From assembly GCF_001194135.2 (NCBI RefSeq), contig NC_068987.1:98205032-98269031 (forward strand): 64,000 nucleotides of DNA. The letters are read 5' to 3'. The stretch's first letter is position 1, and each line of letters starts with the position of its first letter. The stretch is from Octopus bimaculoides (lineage: Eukaryota). The notes under the pieces were generated by a model. It was not told the origin of the DNA and did not search any database. It worked only from the letters and a program-made list of their open reading frames with translations. Positions 38,688 through 52,704 of the stretch are shown piece after piece. Both the position numbers and the translations under genes were made by a program.

Positions 38688-40129
38688 GCGCGCATGCGTA
38701 GTGTGTACATGTGTGTAAGTCTACAAATCAGGAATTAATGCATAAAGTTACCATTCTAATTATTCAGTGGTCAATAAACTTCAGCAACTATTGTAATACA
38801 TTCAATGCTAGAGTAGGAGTGGACTGGGAGTAAGGAATCTCACTGAATCATTTTTCTTCTTTACGGTACGTGCTTCCTTTTTATCACCCTTTCCTTGTTA
38901 TGGAATGATACTATTGATTTTCATTTAGACATTCCATTGATGATACCCTGTTGTCGAGAGTTGCTTTCTGTATATATTGCCTCTCCAATATCAGTGAATG
39001 TGGTAAGTTGTCAATTTGTTTCTGTTAATCAATCCTTCGTAATTGCAATTTTACCTTTTCTTTTCCTACCAACTTCAGTAATTGCCCGCTTCTTCAGTAT
39101 CTACACTTTACAACCAAACGTCTTTTTACGACACTTCTTTCTGCTTCTCTAGTAAGATCTTATTACTTTCCATAGTATAGCAGTCAGTTTGTTGTAGAAT
39201 ACAACTTAAATTATTTACATGTTGCTCGTAAAGATGAACTTATTCCGTAATCTTGGTGTTCTTCAGTAATTTTGTTTTGAAGATTTAATACTATTTTCCT
39301 CTTCGGTAACAAGTCAAAAGTTGATCCAAGTCAATTTACTAACCCTTTCAATGCTACTGTATCAGATTATTGGTGAGATATTTTCGTCAGTAATTTTGCA
39401 GACTTTCCTCTTGATTTCATTTATTATCTTATAGGTTAATTTGTTGTCTTTATTGTTTGGCTTTAAGTCATTTTCAACTGAGTCAAGTAGCCCCGATTCC
39501 ATATTATGTAAGGCACGCTTTTATTAGATGGTGAAGTGTGATAGTGAAGTGTGATGGGGGTCTTGTTGCTTTCTCTATTAGAGGGAACTAGTAAAAGCAT
39601 AACTAAAGCCCGCCAAACCACATTCTACATTTTTAAAAAAGAAAAAAACACATGGAATAATGTGAACTTGGGCTTATTAACCTTGTATGTTCCAGTATAA
39701 CTTTCTGATTATGCTGAGCCATGAGGTTCGAGGGAGCTGCTGAGTGAACCACTACGTTATTGATCAACCTGGTAGAAAGAGCAGCTCGATCTCTCTCACA
39801 TCACACGTTACCATCTTAGAAATGAACACGTTCGATAATAAGCCAGCGTAATCAAAAAATTATGCTGGACTATACTCGCAGTTTTCTTCTTTGGGAAAGC
39901 CCTTTCCATAGTATTCCATTGCGACTCTTCATTATGCTGAATGTTTTTGCTTGATATCTCACCCAGTGTATTTAAATTTCTAGTGATATTTCTGTCATCA
40001 CATGATACGACTGTTTTTTTTTTTTTTTAATTTTCTCTCTAGAATATTCTTGTATTTGTTTAAAATTTGATAATCTCATGTCAGTGGTGATCCCCTTGTT
40101 TGAAACAGTCTATCTCTAAGGAAATAACT

Positions 40130-40498
40130 TTTAGCTTTTAGCTTTTACTTGTTTCAGTCATTGGACTGTGGCCATGGTGGAGCACCACTTTGAGGAATTT
40201 TAATCGAAATAATAGACCCCAGTACCCATTTTCTTTTTAAGCCTGGTACTTATTCTATTGGTATCTTTTACGAGGATGTAAACACACCAACACCGGTTGT
40301 CAAGCGTTGGAAGGTGACAAATACACACACACACACACACACACACACAACAGGCTTCAGTAAGCTTCCGTCTACCATTCACAATGATTTGATCGAACCG
40401 AGGATATTGTGGTAAACACTTGCCCAAGGTTCTACGCAGTGGGACTGAACTCGGAACCATGTGGTTAGAAAGAAATCTTACCACACAGCCACGCCTAT
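40130..40498 (-). mobile_element. Diverged SINE family A copy
   Basis: Tail, (CA)n tract, body and head CACACAGCCACGCCTA are recognisable. Confidence 0.8.
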
Positions 40499-42120
40499 AT
40501 ACAGTCAGCACAATTACTACTTAGGTTTTTTTAAATAAAATTTCACATCACAAGTAGAGCTTTTTCATTGAATTTTATTTTCTTCATATTTCATATTTTC
40601 CTCTTTTTATATGCTAGTGGATTTTCTACTACGTTATGTAAAAATGGCTATTTCTGTTAATATCATTTTACCAGAATTTTCGTATACTATATTTTCTCTT
40701 CACTGCTTTATTTTGTATGTGTAGTATTTGAGTCTGGTTGTTCTTTATATCAAGATGGCTATTTAGCCTTGTGATGTTCGGAGAACCTTCTTACATTTAG
40801 CTATTATATAACGGGCGTATTTCTTTATTTGCTACTCGGACAGGGGTTTTAGTTTCTCCATGCTTATTGACTTTCTTCTGGTCACTTCTGTTTCCGTTAT
40901 CTTATCGCTTCGATAGATTTACTACATTGTTAACTCTGATCAGTCTCTTGTGATAGGCGCTCTTATAGTGTTCATTTTTTTTCAGGGTGGTGGTGGTGGG
41001 ATATATTTTTGTTGTAGCAGATAATTTGGTGAGTTGTTTTCTATGCAGTCTTGTGTGGTCCTTGATCACGCTTTGAAGTTCTATTTTTTTTCTTCTATAT
41101 AACAATCTAGCTATGTTTGTTTTACTGCGATACCTACTTTCCTACGTACGTGGTACATTTTTCAATATTTTTGCCGCATTTTGATGGCTTATTTATTGTA
41201 CGCCTGGTATCTTTTTTTTTTTGCATTATTTACATTATTTGGCGAGGGTTTTTTTTGCGTGTGATATATTCCACTGCATTACATCCATTGGTTTATGGGA
41301 GCTTATTCACTTTTATTTTTTTCTTGTATGGTCGGTCATTTTGTTGATCTATTTCTGTTTCTTAGGTATTATTTCTAAATATCCCTGCATTAGCTAATGT
41401 GTTTGTACATAAGCTCCTATTTGCAGCTTTGCTTTCTATTTTATTTGCTGTAACTATGTTATTTGTATATGTTGTGTAATATACGACTGTTGAATATACG
41501 TATGATACTTGAATGTGTTGTTATCTGGCTTAATAGCTACTTGTAAGATTTGTTTTATTTTGGTGGATTTATGTGCAAGCATGGTTGTGTGATTAAGGAA
41601 TTCGTTTTTCAACTACATGTATCTTATCTCGAACCTACATCTCGGTCGCTACTTAGGTCTGTTTCTTCTGCATAGCATTAACTGAAGAAATGCTTGTAAA
41701 TGAAATTTCGAAAACCAGAATTATTTGGAAGCTCTGATGGATGAGATCATTCCAGTTCTTGGATCGTAGAGTTCACCCGGGTTAACACCACCGTGGTAAC
41801 GTTTATTTATTTATTTATTTATTTATTATTCTTTTATTCTTTTGTTTCTGTCATTTGACTGCGGCCATGCTGGAGCACCGCATTTAGTCGAACAAATCGA
41901 CCCCAGGACTTATTTTTTGTAAGCCTAGTACTTATTCTATCGGTCTCTTTTACTGAACCGCTATGTTACGGGGACGTAAACGNNNNNNNNNNNNNNNNNN
42001 NNNNNNNNNNNNNNNNNTGGAAGCTCTGATGGATGAGATCATTCCAGTTCTTGGATCGTAGAGTTCACCCGGGTTAACACCACCGTGGTAACGTTTATTT
42101 ATTTATTTATTTATTTATTA

Positions 42121-42564
42121 TTCTTTTATTCTTTTGTTTCTGTCATTTGACTGCGGCCATGCTGGAGCACCGCATTTAGTCGAACAAATCGACCCCAGGA
42201 CTTATTTTTTGTAAGCCTAGTACTTATTCTATCGGTCTCTTTTACTGAACCGCTATGTTACGGGGACGTAAACGCACTAGCATCGGTTGTCAAGCGATGG
42301 TGGAGGGACAAACATAGTCATGCACAGATACACACACACACGCGCGCGCACACACGCACACACAACACACATATATATACGACGGGCTTCTTTTAGTTTC
42401 CGTTTACCAACTCCACTCACAAGGCTTTTAGTCGGCCCGAGGCTATAGTAGAAGACACTTGCCCAGTGTGTCACGCATTGGGACTAAACCGGGAACCATG
42501 TGGTTGATAAGCGAGCTACTTGCCACACAGCCGCTCTGGCGCTTACAGCCACTCCTACGCCTAT
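42121..42564 (-). mobile_element. SINE family A copy with duplicated 5' head
   Basis: Complete family A layout. The head region reads CACACAGCCGCTCTGGCGC followed by TACAGCCACTCCTACGCCTA. Confidence 0.85.
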
Positions 42565-43099
42565 AATTTCTTTTTGTTTTTTTTGCTTTTGCAATCATTC
42601 AAACAGAAGTTTTCAACCTGAGAACATTCTCTTTTCAATATCAATCTCAGATGTCGTAATAAGTGCTCTGCTTACAACTCTCACTGGTCTCTTGGATATC
42701 GTATTAAAATGGCTTTAATATGATAGCAATAAACTCACACTCCAACATTCATCAAATATCCTAAAGTGGTGCGTATTGTTACAACTGTCATTAATTTAAT
42801 TGTTAAAGCTTCAGAACAAGCTTTGCAGTTTATTTTCAGCTCTTTACGGTCTTTTTCAAACCCTACCGAGGGTGACTAACTCCCTCTAGTTCCTGTTCTT
42901 ATGCTAATATAAGAAATTATTATTCATTGACATTAATTATTTACTTGCAAAATAACTTTGTTCTTCACTGTATTACTATTTTTTAAGTAACCTAGGATCC
43001 ATTGTCGACCGAACTGCAGATTTCTTTCATTAAATCGAAGCAACATGATGCTAATATTACATTGAAGGGTAGCTTCCCTTTAAATCATGGCTATTACAT

Positions 43100-43320
43100 C
43101 AAACCACATTTCGAAGGGTACGTGTTTGCAATACTGAAGAAGGAGTTACGAAAGAAATACCTTATGCACGTAAGACACAATAAAGCCCTTAAACCCGAAG
43201 ATGTAATCGAAAATGTTGATTATATCACATTTCCGTCTAAGATAATACCTATATGTTTACCAGCTGCGCTACCATACCGATTAGGTATTACTTTCCCATG
43301 AAGAATGATTTTTGCTAAAA
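43100..43320 (+). mobile_element. Short degraded R4/Dong-like fragment
   Basis: PHFEGYVFAIL..ELRKKYLMHVR parallels SHFEGYAF at 9340-9363. Downstream, IRYYFPMKND resembles RYYLP.RHD. Confidence 0.55.
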
Positions 43321-44574
43321 CAATATACGAAACCAGCCCTGATATAAATATAGACAATGTAGCTATTGGTTAATAAATACAGCATGTCAAAACGTGCATT
43401 ATAAGTTGCGTATTAGTTGCAAAATTCCATGATATGGAACATAATGGGTATGATATATTTGTTTGGCATGGAAGGGGAAAACCATGTATTGTTGTAGAGT
43501 TCCTTAATTCTGTTATATGAATAGAAAAGACTATGTATAGTTACAAACAAATATGCTTGCACATCTACAATAGCTTAAAAAATTTGCTCATAGTAAGTTT
43601 GCATTTTAATCCATAATAACTTGCGCATTTAGTTATGTTAATATATATATATATGTATATATCCTCTTTCTTTTATTTCCTTTCCTGAGCGTCCAATAAC
43701 ACTGAACTTTTTCCACGTCCTCGCGTTGTTTTTTCGCGTTTTTTTCATGTTTTTTTGTTTGTTCTTGTTTAAATTGACTAACTAGGAGAACAGCTAACGC
43801 GCACAATGAAAATGTAATCTCTAAGCAGAAGAGTACAAATATGCAAAACTTTCTCAAAGTTCAACATGAAACAATTCGCAGTTTTACTAACTAAATTCTA
43901 TCGACAGATTATTGTTTCATTCTTAGAAACCAGTTACATTCTTGACGAAATATGTCAGGTAAATTGAAGAGATAGGAACAGATTCTTGCATGCATAAGCT
44001 GGTATGTCCATCCGTATACACAGGTTAATGTACATACATATTTATTTATTTACATATTTTACAGAAAGTAAGATGATCGTCATAAAATAATAGAAACATT
44101 ATGTTTAAAACATGATTATGTATATTGACAAACACCATATGATTGCTCACCCACTCACATATCGACACAAAAACACACACTTAATCACCCTGCCCACACA
44201 CACATACTCGTGCTCGCGTACACATATAATACATAGTTAGACAGAAACTGTTGGATATGTGCTTGCATGTATGTATTTATGTTCTCCTCATATCCCGTGG
44301 TTGGTTGTGTTTTAAAATTTGCTGCTTAGTGTATTTCGTTACATCCTCTCCCTATATCATCTCCCTATACCTCAACCCTCTTAATTTTCTTTACGAAACA
44401 AACCCAATCTACATTAACCAACACTTTCTCCTCCCCATCTCTTGTAACGACCTTCTCTTTCCGTTTCTTCTTGTGTGTGTTCTTTTACGTCATTCTCTAT
44501 CAAGTTTACTCTTTCACTTTGCATACCTGAGTGCATGTATATCTATCTATCTATGTATGTATCTATTTTTCTAT

Positions 44575-44619
<45 letters not shown>

Positions 44620-46352
44620 CATCCATCCATCCATCTATCAATCCACCCACCCACCCNNNNNNNNNNNNNNNNNNNNNNNNNNNNNNNNNNNNNNNNNNNN
44701 NNNNNNNNNNNNNNNNNNNNNNNNNNNNNNNNNNNNNNNNNNNNNNNNNNNNNNNNNNNNNNNNNNNNNNNNNNNNNNNNNNNNNNNNNNNNNNNNNNNN
44801 NNNNNNNNNNNNNNNNNNNNNNNNNNNNNNNNNNNNNNNNNNNNNNNNNNNNNNNNNNNNNNNNNNNNNNNNNNNNNNNNNNNNNNNNNNNNNNNNNNNN
44901 NNNNNNNNNNNNNNNNNNNNNNNNNNNNNNNNNNNNNNNNNNNNNNNNNNNNNNNNNNNNNNNNNATATATAGTCGTGTCCTTCTAGGCCGGCCCACTCA
45001 TTTCTTCGTTACTACTTTGCTATATCTGGGAAACATATGATCCAAGGGAAATATTTACACAAACTGATAGAAACAGTGGCTGTTGTTTAAATGTTTCCCT
45101 TCTGTTATTTCAGCCATTTTATTACCGACTATAGCCCGGACTACTCGCATTTCAACATGCTAAATGTACTAAAACAACAGCTACGATTACACAAGATCAT
45201 AGTAAAAGTATTATTTACAACGATATAAAAGTAGACTCATCACAATCATAACCATCAAGAATTCTAAGTTTGCAAAAATATAACGATTTTGTTAATACTA
45301 TCGGCAACAAAATTATTACCAGAAACACCTGCCCTACCACTACTAATATGATCACCAGTAGTAACTCATCCACTACTAGATCAACATCAGAACTATTCTC
45401 GCCAACACCTTTGCTATGCTAATATCATCATCACCAACAAGTAATGACCAGGCACCAACAGCCAACACTGCACTGATAAAACATCATTGCAAACTGTTCA
45501 CGCATTTACAGAGTCACTGCCGCTTAGACCTGTAATCTCAAATGCCGTCACCAAAAATACTACCACCAGTACCACCACCACAACCACCGAGCCGCCACCN
45601 NNNNNNNNNNNNNNNNNNNNNNNNNNNNNNNNNNNNNNNNNNNNNNNNNNNNNNNNNNNNNNNNNNNNNNNNNNNNNNNNNNNNNNNNNNNNNNNNNNNN
45701 NNNNNNNNNNNNNNNNNNNNNNNNNNNNNNNNNNNNNNNNNNNNNNNNNNNNNNNNNNNNNNNNNNNNNNNNNNNNNNNNNNNNNNNNNNNNNNNNNNNN
45801 NNNNNNNNNNNNNNNNNNNNNNNNNNNNNNNNNNNNNNNNNNNNNNNNNNNNNNNNNNNNNNNNNNNNNNNNNNNNNNNNNNNNNNNNNNNNNNNNNNNN
45901 NNNNNNNNNNNNNNNNNNNNNNNNNACCACCACCACCACCACCACTATCACCACCATTTCCACGGTCACTATCATCAGCAACACAGTTAGCTCTACCACG
46001 TGTACCACTAACCAATCATAAACTATTAAAATTTCATCAGTTCCGACACCATTATACAGAGCAACACTACAACTTGCACTACCACTATCACTTGCAACGG
46101 CAAATAGTTTTAACCTCCCCCACCCCGCCAAGCCAAAACTACCGACACCAACAACAACAACACTAGCACCTCACTACCAGATCCAGCTTTTGCTCTCTAC
46201 GATGAAGTTTTATTATAAACACGACAGACGTTTGTGACTATCTCGTCTATCTAGTGTATTTAATTAATTTTCGAATACAGTTACGGCTAAAATCTTTGGC
46301 TATACCCATAGTAATCCAAATTATATATTTTTTAGCCAAAGGATACACCAAA

Positions 46353-46406
<54 letters not shown>

Positions 46407-46742
46407 NNNNNNNNNNTCTGCATATATATGATTACATATATATATAAATTAACGGGAGAATGTATGGCTATTATAGGTCCTACAACTGTTTCTAGGTGCT
46501 CGGAAATATATCCTAATGTTGAATGATGCAGTTCGCAAAAAATCAAAGATATACATTTATAAATATATATTGTATATTATATTTCATATATTATTGAATA
46601 TGATATGCATATATGTATAAATATGTGTGTATGTGTGTATGCGTGTGTGTGTGTGTGCGTCTGTGTGTGTTTCAAAAGCATTCAGCACCATCACAGAAAG
46701 CCTACTTAACCCAAGAATGGTTGTATTACGATCATATTCTGA

Positions 46743-46956
46743 CATCTAAGCTCGGAATCCAACTTCTGGAATCCAAGCTCGCCAGATTGAAATACTATGA
46801 AATGTTATTCTTACAATACCATCTCTTCATTAAAAAACGCCAGTGTGCAGGTGATGTCCGAAATAAATGAGGACTAAATGTAGGTATATCAAAGAATCTT
46901 TTCCTGCATCGAGGCTGAAAGCGAATTTATAGAATAAAGTTATAAAGAAAACTTTC
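46743..46956 (+). repeat. Dispersed repeat, copy 1 (unclassified)
   Basis: CATCTAAGCTCGGAATCCAACTTCTGGAATCCAAGCTCGCCAGATTGAAA...CCTGCATCGAGGCTGAAAGCGAATT aligns by eye with 48220-48455. Confidence 0.85.
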
Positions 46957-47473
46957 TTTAAATCTGGACCTTTTGTCAACAGTCTCTTTTGCAGAAGTCA
47001 TAAGTTGCGACCAAATAAACAAACCGACACCGGTTATCCAGTGGAGACTAACACAAATCAAAGACACGTTATCACAGACCCACACACACACGAATACTCA
47101 CATACGCACACACACATGCACACACGGCACGAACAAACACACACACACACGAACACACTCGTGCAGGCACACACAGACGTGTATACGACGGGTTCCCCAT
47201 AGTTTCTGTCTTCTAAATCGATTCACAAAACATTGATACAACTTCAGGAAAACAAATGATGTTTGCTAAATAAGCTATCCCAACCAGATAATTATATCTT
47301 CAGCATAATATAACGTGTGTGTATGTTTGTATGTGTGTGCATGAGCATGCTTGTATGTGTTTATATATAGGCTGGTGGGGGGAGAATTTCAGGATGCTCA
47401 ATTATCAGTATATTATTCTCTTCAAACTAATTAAAAAGACTTTATTTTATTCAGATTACTCTTGCGTGATGAA

Positions 47474-48214
47474 ATACTAACATAAGTATCGAAATAGCAT
47501 GCAGTCATTGTTGCAATATCTGCGGAACACGGCGATTTAGAGATCCGCAGCATTCTAAATGTTCTGATATCTTTTACATATAAAGTTCGGTTGGAATTGG
47601 AAGCCGTTTCGTGGAAATGTTTCAATTGTATCAAAGTACAAAAAAATATTCTAAACGCTCAGACACCTGAAAAGACACAACAATTCATTCGACGAGTTCA
47701 AAATATTATCGATGATGATCTCTGGAACAACGACGGCCATCACCAAAGAATTTCGAGTGACGGTGAGAACTATGAGTAGTGTGGTGCATGAAGGTATGTG
47801 ATAAAAGTCGTGTATGCTGTGGAGAGGTTAATTCAAGCCTGCAAAGACACAGAAAAACAGTTCGAACCGTGGAAAGGTGTTACTTAACAAGCTGAAAAAC
47901 CTCATGTACAGGATAATCTTTGGGTTTTATTTGGTGAAAAGTATGTCGACTGAGACAGCAAGAGAACGACAAACGGTTACGTGCCGATCCTTTTGATGTT
48001 TCTCAGAAGGATGCACCCTAAGTTTGCAGTCAATGTATGGTTTTGAGAGTGGTGAGTAGCAAAAATCATGTCATGTAAAATCATATCTTTCTACAGAGTT
48101 ATAAATTAACGGTGGCTGATACGTTGCGGTGCTGGAGATATTTGTTACGCTCTGGATGGATGAAGTACGCAGTAGAATGTGATACATGTTTCAGAAATAT
48201 TGAGCACCGTCTCA
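47474..48214 (+). mobile_element. Degraded maT/DD37D-like Tc1/mariner transposase
   Basis: K*HAVIVAISAEHGDLEIRSILNV, QQFIRRVQNIIDDD, KVLLNKLKN, HPKFAVNV.VLRVVSSKNHVM and YMFQKY*APS (decayed FQQDSAPSH) resemble maT-family transposases. It is truncated near the second Asp, so the DD37D spacing cannot be counted. Confidence 0.65.
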
Positions 48215-48219
48215 GCTGG

Positions 48220-48455
48220 CATCTAAGCTCGGCATCCAGCTTCTGGAAGCCAAGCTCGCCAGATTGAAACACTATTTGCGGAACGTTTTTGAAAGGGAAA
48301 CGAATCGTTCTTATAATACCATATCTTCATTAAAAAATCGCCAGTATGCAGGTGATGTGCGAGATAAATAAGGATTAAATGCATATATGTCAAAGATTCT
48401 TCACCTGCATCGAGGCTAAAAGCGAATTCATAGAATAAGGTTATAAAAATCTTTC
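48220..48455 (+). repeat. Dispersed repeat, copy 2 (unclassified)
   Basis: Direct-orientation homologue of 46743-46956 with a ~24-bp insertion. Contains the inverted pair ATGCAGGTGA / TCACCTGCAT. Confidence 0.85.
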
Positions 48456-48551
48456 TTGGAATAAATAGTAAAATATTTATACTTTTCCTGTTAGATAGAT
48501 AAGTGTTGTTTTAGTAAAGTGGCAAATATATCTTCAAATTCTAGATATATG

Positions 48552-48660
<109 letters not shown>

Positions 48661-50856
48661 AAGTGTGTAAGCTTGTGTAAACTTCAAAATTTCCATCTAT
48701 CATATTCCACTTCGAAATTATCATTTGAAAGAAGAAATGTTTGTCACAGACTCTGCTCAATGGTTAGAACTCGAAAACGCTTCGTTGAAAAATCAAGTTT
48801 CTTAACTATACATTCATACCTGCTTCCTGCGTCTTTCACTCTTTTTTAAATATTTATTTCTTCGAAATCATTTTGTTTGAAGTAAAGAAATAAACTTATA
48901 TTATTTTAATACCTTGGTGAGACGTATTAAGTAAGATTACTGTTACAATCTCGGTTGTCGTCTGGGTGCGAACGGAATGAAGGTCAGTAAAACTGTTTCT
49001 ATTTAAAGGAAGGGTGACAGTGGTAGACAGCCTTGACAAATTTAGTAGAGTTGGCGCTAGTGTATCGTCTGCGTGTTTATGGCTTTAATCGGATATTGTA
49101 ATCTATTGGCTCACTGAATGTTTACATCTAGCTTTACAGCTCTAATCGCTGTTTGTAAATATATGATTCAGATGATATTTGTACGGAGTTGGTGGTGGAT
49201 TGTCACAGGAATGTGTGGAGAATGTGGAAGCTGGCTGTCGAAGATTCGCAGGGCGAAAGTTAAGGTCTTATTATAGGAATGAGCAGAAAATAAACTGGGG
49301 TAGGGGAAAGCATCTTGACGGCTCTGGCTGTAGGAGGTAAACGATGGGGGTCAGTAGAAGGCCGGTTGCACACAAGCCTTGGCTTGATCGACTTAGGTCG
49401 GGTCACCGTTGCTAGAGTGTATGTTGTAAGATCCAAAACTTTCCAGTAACCCCAGGATATAGCGTTGATGACGTGTTCAAATATTGCATTCGTAGCTCAA
49501 TGTTGACTACACATAAATGGGCTATTGAAGAATCTCCTAATTAGCCACGTGATCAGCCTGAAATAGATTCCTTATCACCGCAGCTTGCAATGTTAGAAAT
49601 AACGAAGGGGACAGTTAATATTGTAATCCACGATATAAAAAGAACAAAAAAGACGAGACAGCGACGGGGGAGACGCGTTTCATCATGGCCATGTTTCAAC
49701 TGGGTATCATTTAGGTCTGAAAAGAAATAAATAGCTTTCGTTTTGTCGACAGCTATTTACGAAAATCTGTACAATAAAAAAATAAACAAAATTTGTCAAT
49801 GAAAAAATACAAAAGAAAAATTCAGACAATTCTGTGTAAATTCACACAAAACCTGTTCAATGTCCATATTTGATATTTGCACAATGTATATAGCGCCTGC
49901 ACAATGCACATATTGATAGTTATACTTTGATTCAACAATTATGACTAATAAAATATTTTAAAATCCTACAAATTTGGCATAACAACAGACCACCTACACC
50001 ATTAAATCTCTTATCAACCCACTTAAACGTCTCAATCACTCAATGCGACACACTATGTATGAAACATGTGCACATATTTATATATGTGTATGTATGTTGC
50101 ATACAGCTGTGGGTAATTATATTACGATGAGAGCCTCCGTATTCCTAGATATATATATGATGAATGCATTTTGAATTATACATTCAGTATATGAATTTAT
50201 GGTCTCTGTGTCACCTGCTCTTAAGGGAAACCAATAAGTGAAGTAATATTAGTTGTAGTACGTTCTCTACTGTGAAAGTTGTTGCTCTGCACTACTGTAA
50301 TTCAGTGTTTCTTAAACCATTATATGCAAACCAGTTGGACTACACAAGAAAAATTAGAGATTTATGCGAGATAATAGAAACCAGCGAAGTAATCAAAACC
50401 AGCAACATTTCGATAGTACATACTCAGATTTAACAAATATCATTTACAAAAAGTAAACAAACAAAAAAAAAATACAAAAAAACTTCGTCAAATATTTGTT
50501 TGGAAGTCTAGACATTCAGATATAATTAATATCAGTTATACGTTGTCTGTATTATGATATCCATAAAAAGTATCCACTTTTGTCTGTTTTATGGTATTCA
50601 TCCATTTGAAATATGTATTTCAGAAGGAGTGCGTCAACACTGCTGGATATAATGAACTAGTACGCAGGAAGGAAAAAAAATTGAGAAGTCCTGCTGAAAT
50701 TGAAGTGTTACTGGTGAGTTGAAACAACTCTGTCTGCTGTGGCTGTTGATATAAATAAATTCCAGTATGTAAGTTGTGTCACCGGTGAGCTGACAACGAC
50801 AAGTGATGCTTGTTAATATAATTTGAGACGAGACGCTGACTGATCGTTAGAAATGG

Positions 50857-50876
50857 CCAATGACGTGCTTATATAG
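50857..50876 (+). promoter_or_regulatory. Candidate cis-regulatory cluster CCAAT-TGACGTG-TATATA
   Basis: GGCCAATGACGTGCTTATATAG in locally CpG-containing, non-repetitive sequence. Motif match only. Confidence 0.2.
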
Positions 50877-51381
50877 ACGCTGATACACTGTAACGATAAC
50901 AGCTGGAGTTGCTGTCAGCAAATGTACGCATCGCGCCATTGATTAAGAATAATAATTAAGTCACAAATCAAATCTGTTACTACGAACTCACCTTCATTGA
51001 CATACCAGCATGAACATAAACATTTGCTTATCAGGAGAATTCGATAAATATATTTCACCACATCAGTGTATTTATTTGTACACAATTTTCGGCAACAAAT
51101 TCACATGTGTAATCACGACAAACCTTGAATTTTGTATATATACACAAAAATATACATATAAGCTTCTGTATAAATGCATAGCAACACACGTATACATACT
51201 CTCATACAGAACTAGATGAAGCCAACAGGGAAATTTCATTTGGCTGATCTTCTGCCAGAAATTAGCAGCTATATTCTACCGATATTTGAAGTTATACATC
51301 TTGACCCATCAAGGCGTATTCAAACATTTATTTCACATTAAACCTTTCTCTATTTTCTCTCTCTCAATGTGAACATGCATG

Positions 51382-51423
<42 letters not shown>

Positions 51424-51807
51424 TACATATATATATATATATANNNNNNNNNNNNNNNNNNNNNNNNNNNNNNNNNNNNNNNNNNNNNNNNNNNNNNNNN
51501 NNNNNNNNNNNNNNNNNNNNNNNNNNNNNNNNNNNNNNNNNNNNNNNNNNNNNNNNNNNNNNNNNNNNNNNNNNNNNNNNNNNNNNNNNNNNNNNNNNNN
51601 NNNNNNNNNNNNNNNNNNNNNNNNNNNNNNNNNNNNNNNNNNNNNNNNNNNNNNNNNNNNNNNNNNNNNNNNNNNNNNNNNNNNNNNNNNNNNNNNNNNN
51701 NNNNNNNNNNNNNNNNNNNNNNNNNNNNNNNNNNNNNNNNNNNNNNNNNNNNNNNNNNNNNNNNNNNNNNNNNNNNNNNNNNNNNNNNNNNNNNNNNNNN
51801 NNNNNNG

Positions 51808-51995
51808 GATATGATCCCGAAATCAAGTCTTATTCTTTGCATTTGAAGACTCCAACAAGAGAAAATCCAAGAGAATGCGACGAGGCAGCAGCTCGCTATT
51901 TCCACCCAAAAAGAGTGCCAGGAATGCTTCCATCAATGGAAATGTCGCTGAATAAAGTGTGTGGTTTCAGAAAGGGACAACTTTGAAGGAAACTT
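51808..51995 (+). mobile_element. Internally deleted mariner transposase remnant
   Basis: GYDPEIK.YS..LKTP (mariner YDPETK..S.EW) joined to ENATRQQL...ECFHQWKCR*IKCVVSERDNFEG (mariner C-terminus CF.QW..RW.KCV...GDYFEG). Confidence 0.6.
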
Positions 51996-52434
51996 TGCGA
52001 GCCACCGTGGTTTATGTATTAACAGAGAGCGGTCCACCTCTATCTACTAGCCATGGGTCATGATGATTTCTACAGGAAAATTTTTAACAGAATTATATAC
52101 TTTCTTCTTGGCAAATTCTGAGGTGTTACGTTTTAGCTGGCAAAGTACGATTTGCCTTTATCACTGAAACAGGTGAGAGTTAGAGTGAAAGTTAGGGCAA
52201 CCCTAAGAACAGAACCAAACGTTCAAAGTAGTTAATCTTTACCTGACAGCGGAAATTTTGTAAAACATTGTAAATTACAATAGTAGCAATTAAAAGAAAC
52301 ATAACTAAAGAAATGTTCTTTACTGCAAAATAATATTATATTCAAACTGCAGCGTTTTCATATGTTCATTTTCATATATTTCATTTGAAAATATACTTTA
52401 TAAAGATTGTTTATCTACATTAAAAAAACAATAT

Positions 52435-52648
52435 GCATAGGAGCGGCTGTGTGGTTTATAGGCGCAGGAGTGGCTGTGTGGTATAGGCGCAGGAGTGGCT
52501 GTGTGGTAAGTAGTTTGCTTACCAACCACATGATTCCAGGTTCAGTCCCACAGCGTGGCATCTTGGCCAAGTGCCTTCTATTATAGCCTCGAGCGGACCA
52601 AAGCCTTGGGAGTGGATTTGATAGACGGAAACTGAAAGAAGCCCGTCG

Positions 52649-52704
<56 letters not shown>

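Noticed and set aside
40700-41400. Possible Penelope N-terminal remnant on the minus strand (NVVNLSKR)
   Set aside because: Only one short motif; too degraded to support a call.
41726-42274. Exact 257-bp direct repeat including a SINE tail
   Set aside because: Identical copies separated only by a short N gap; an assembly overlap rather than a biological duplication.
45487-46200. Thr/His/Pro-rich mucin-like ORFs
   Set aside because: Explained by degenerate (ACC/ACT/AAC)n repeats around a gap; no splice or start context.
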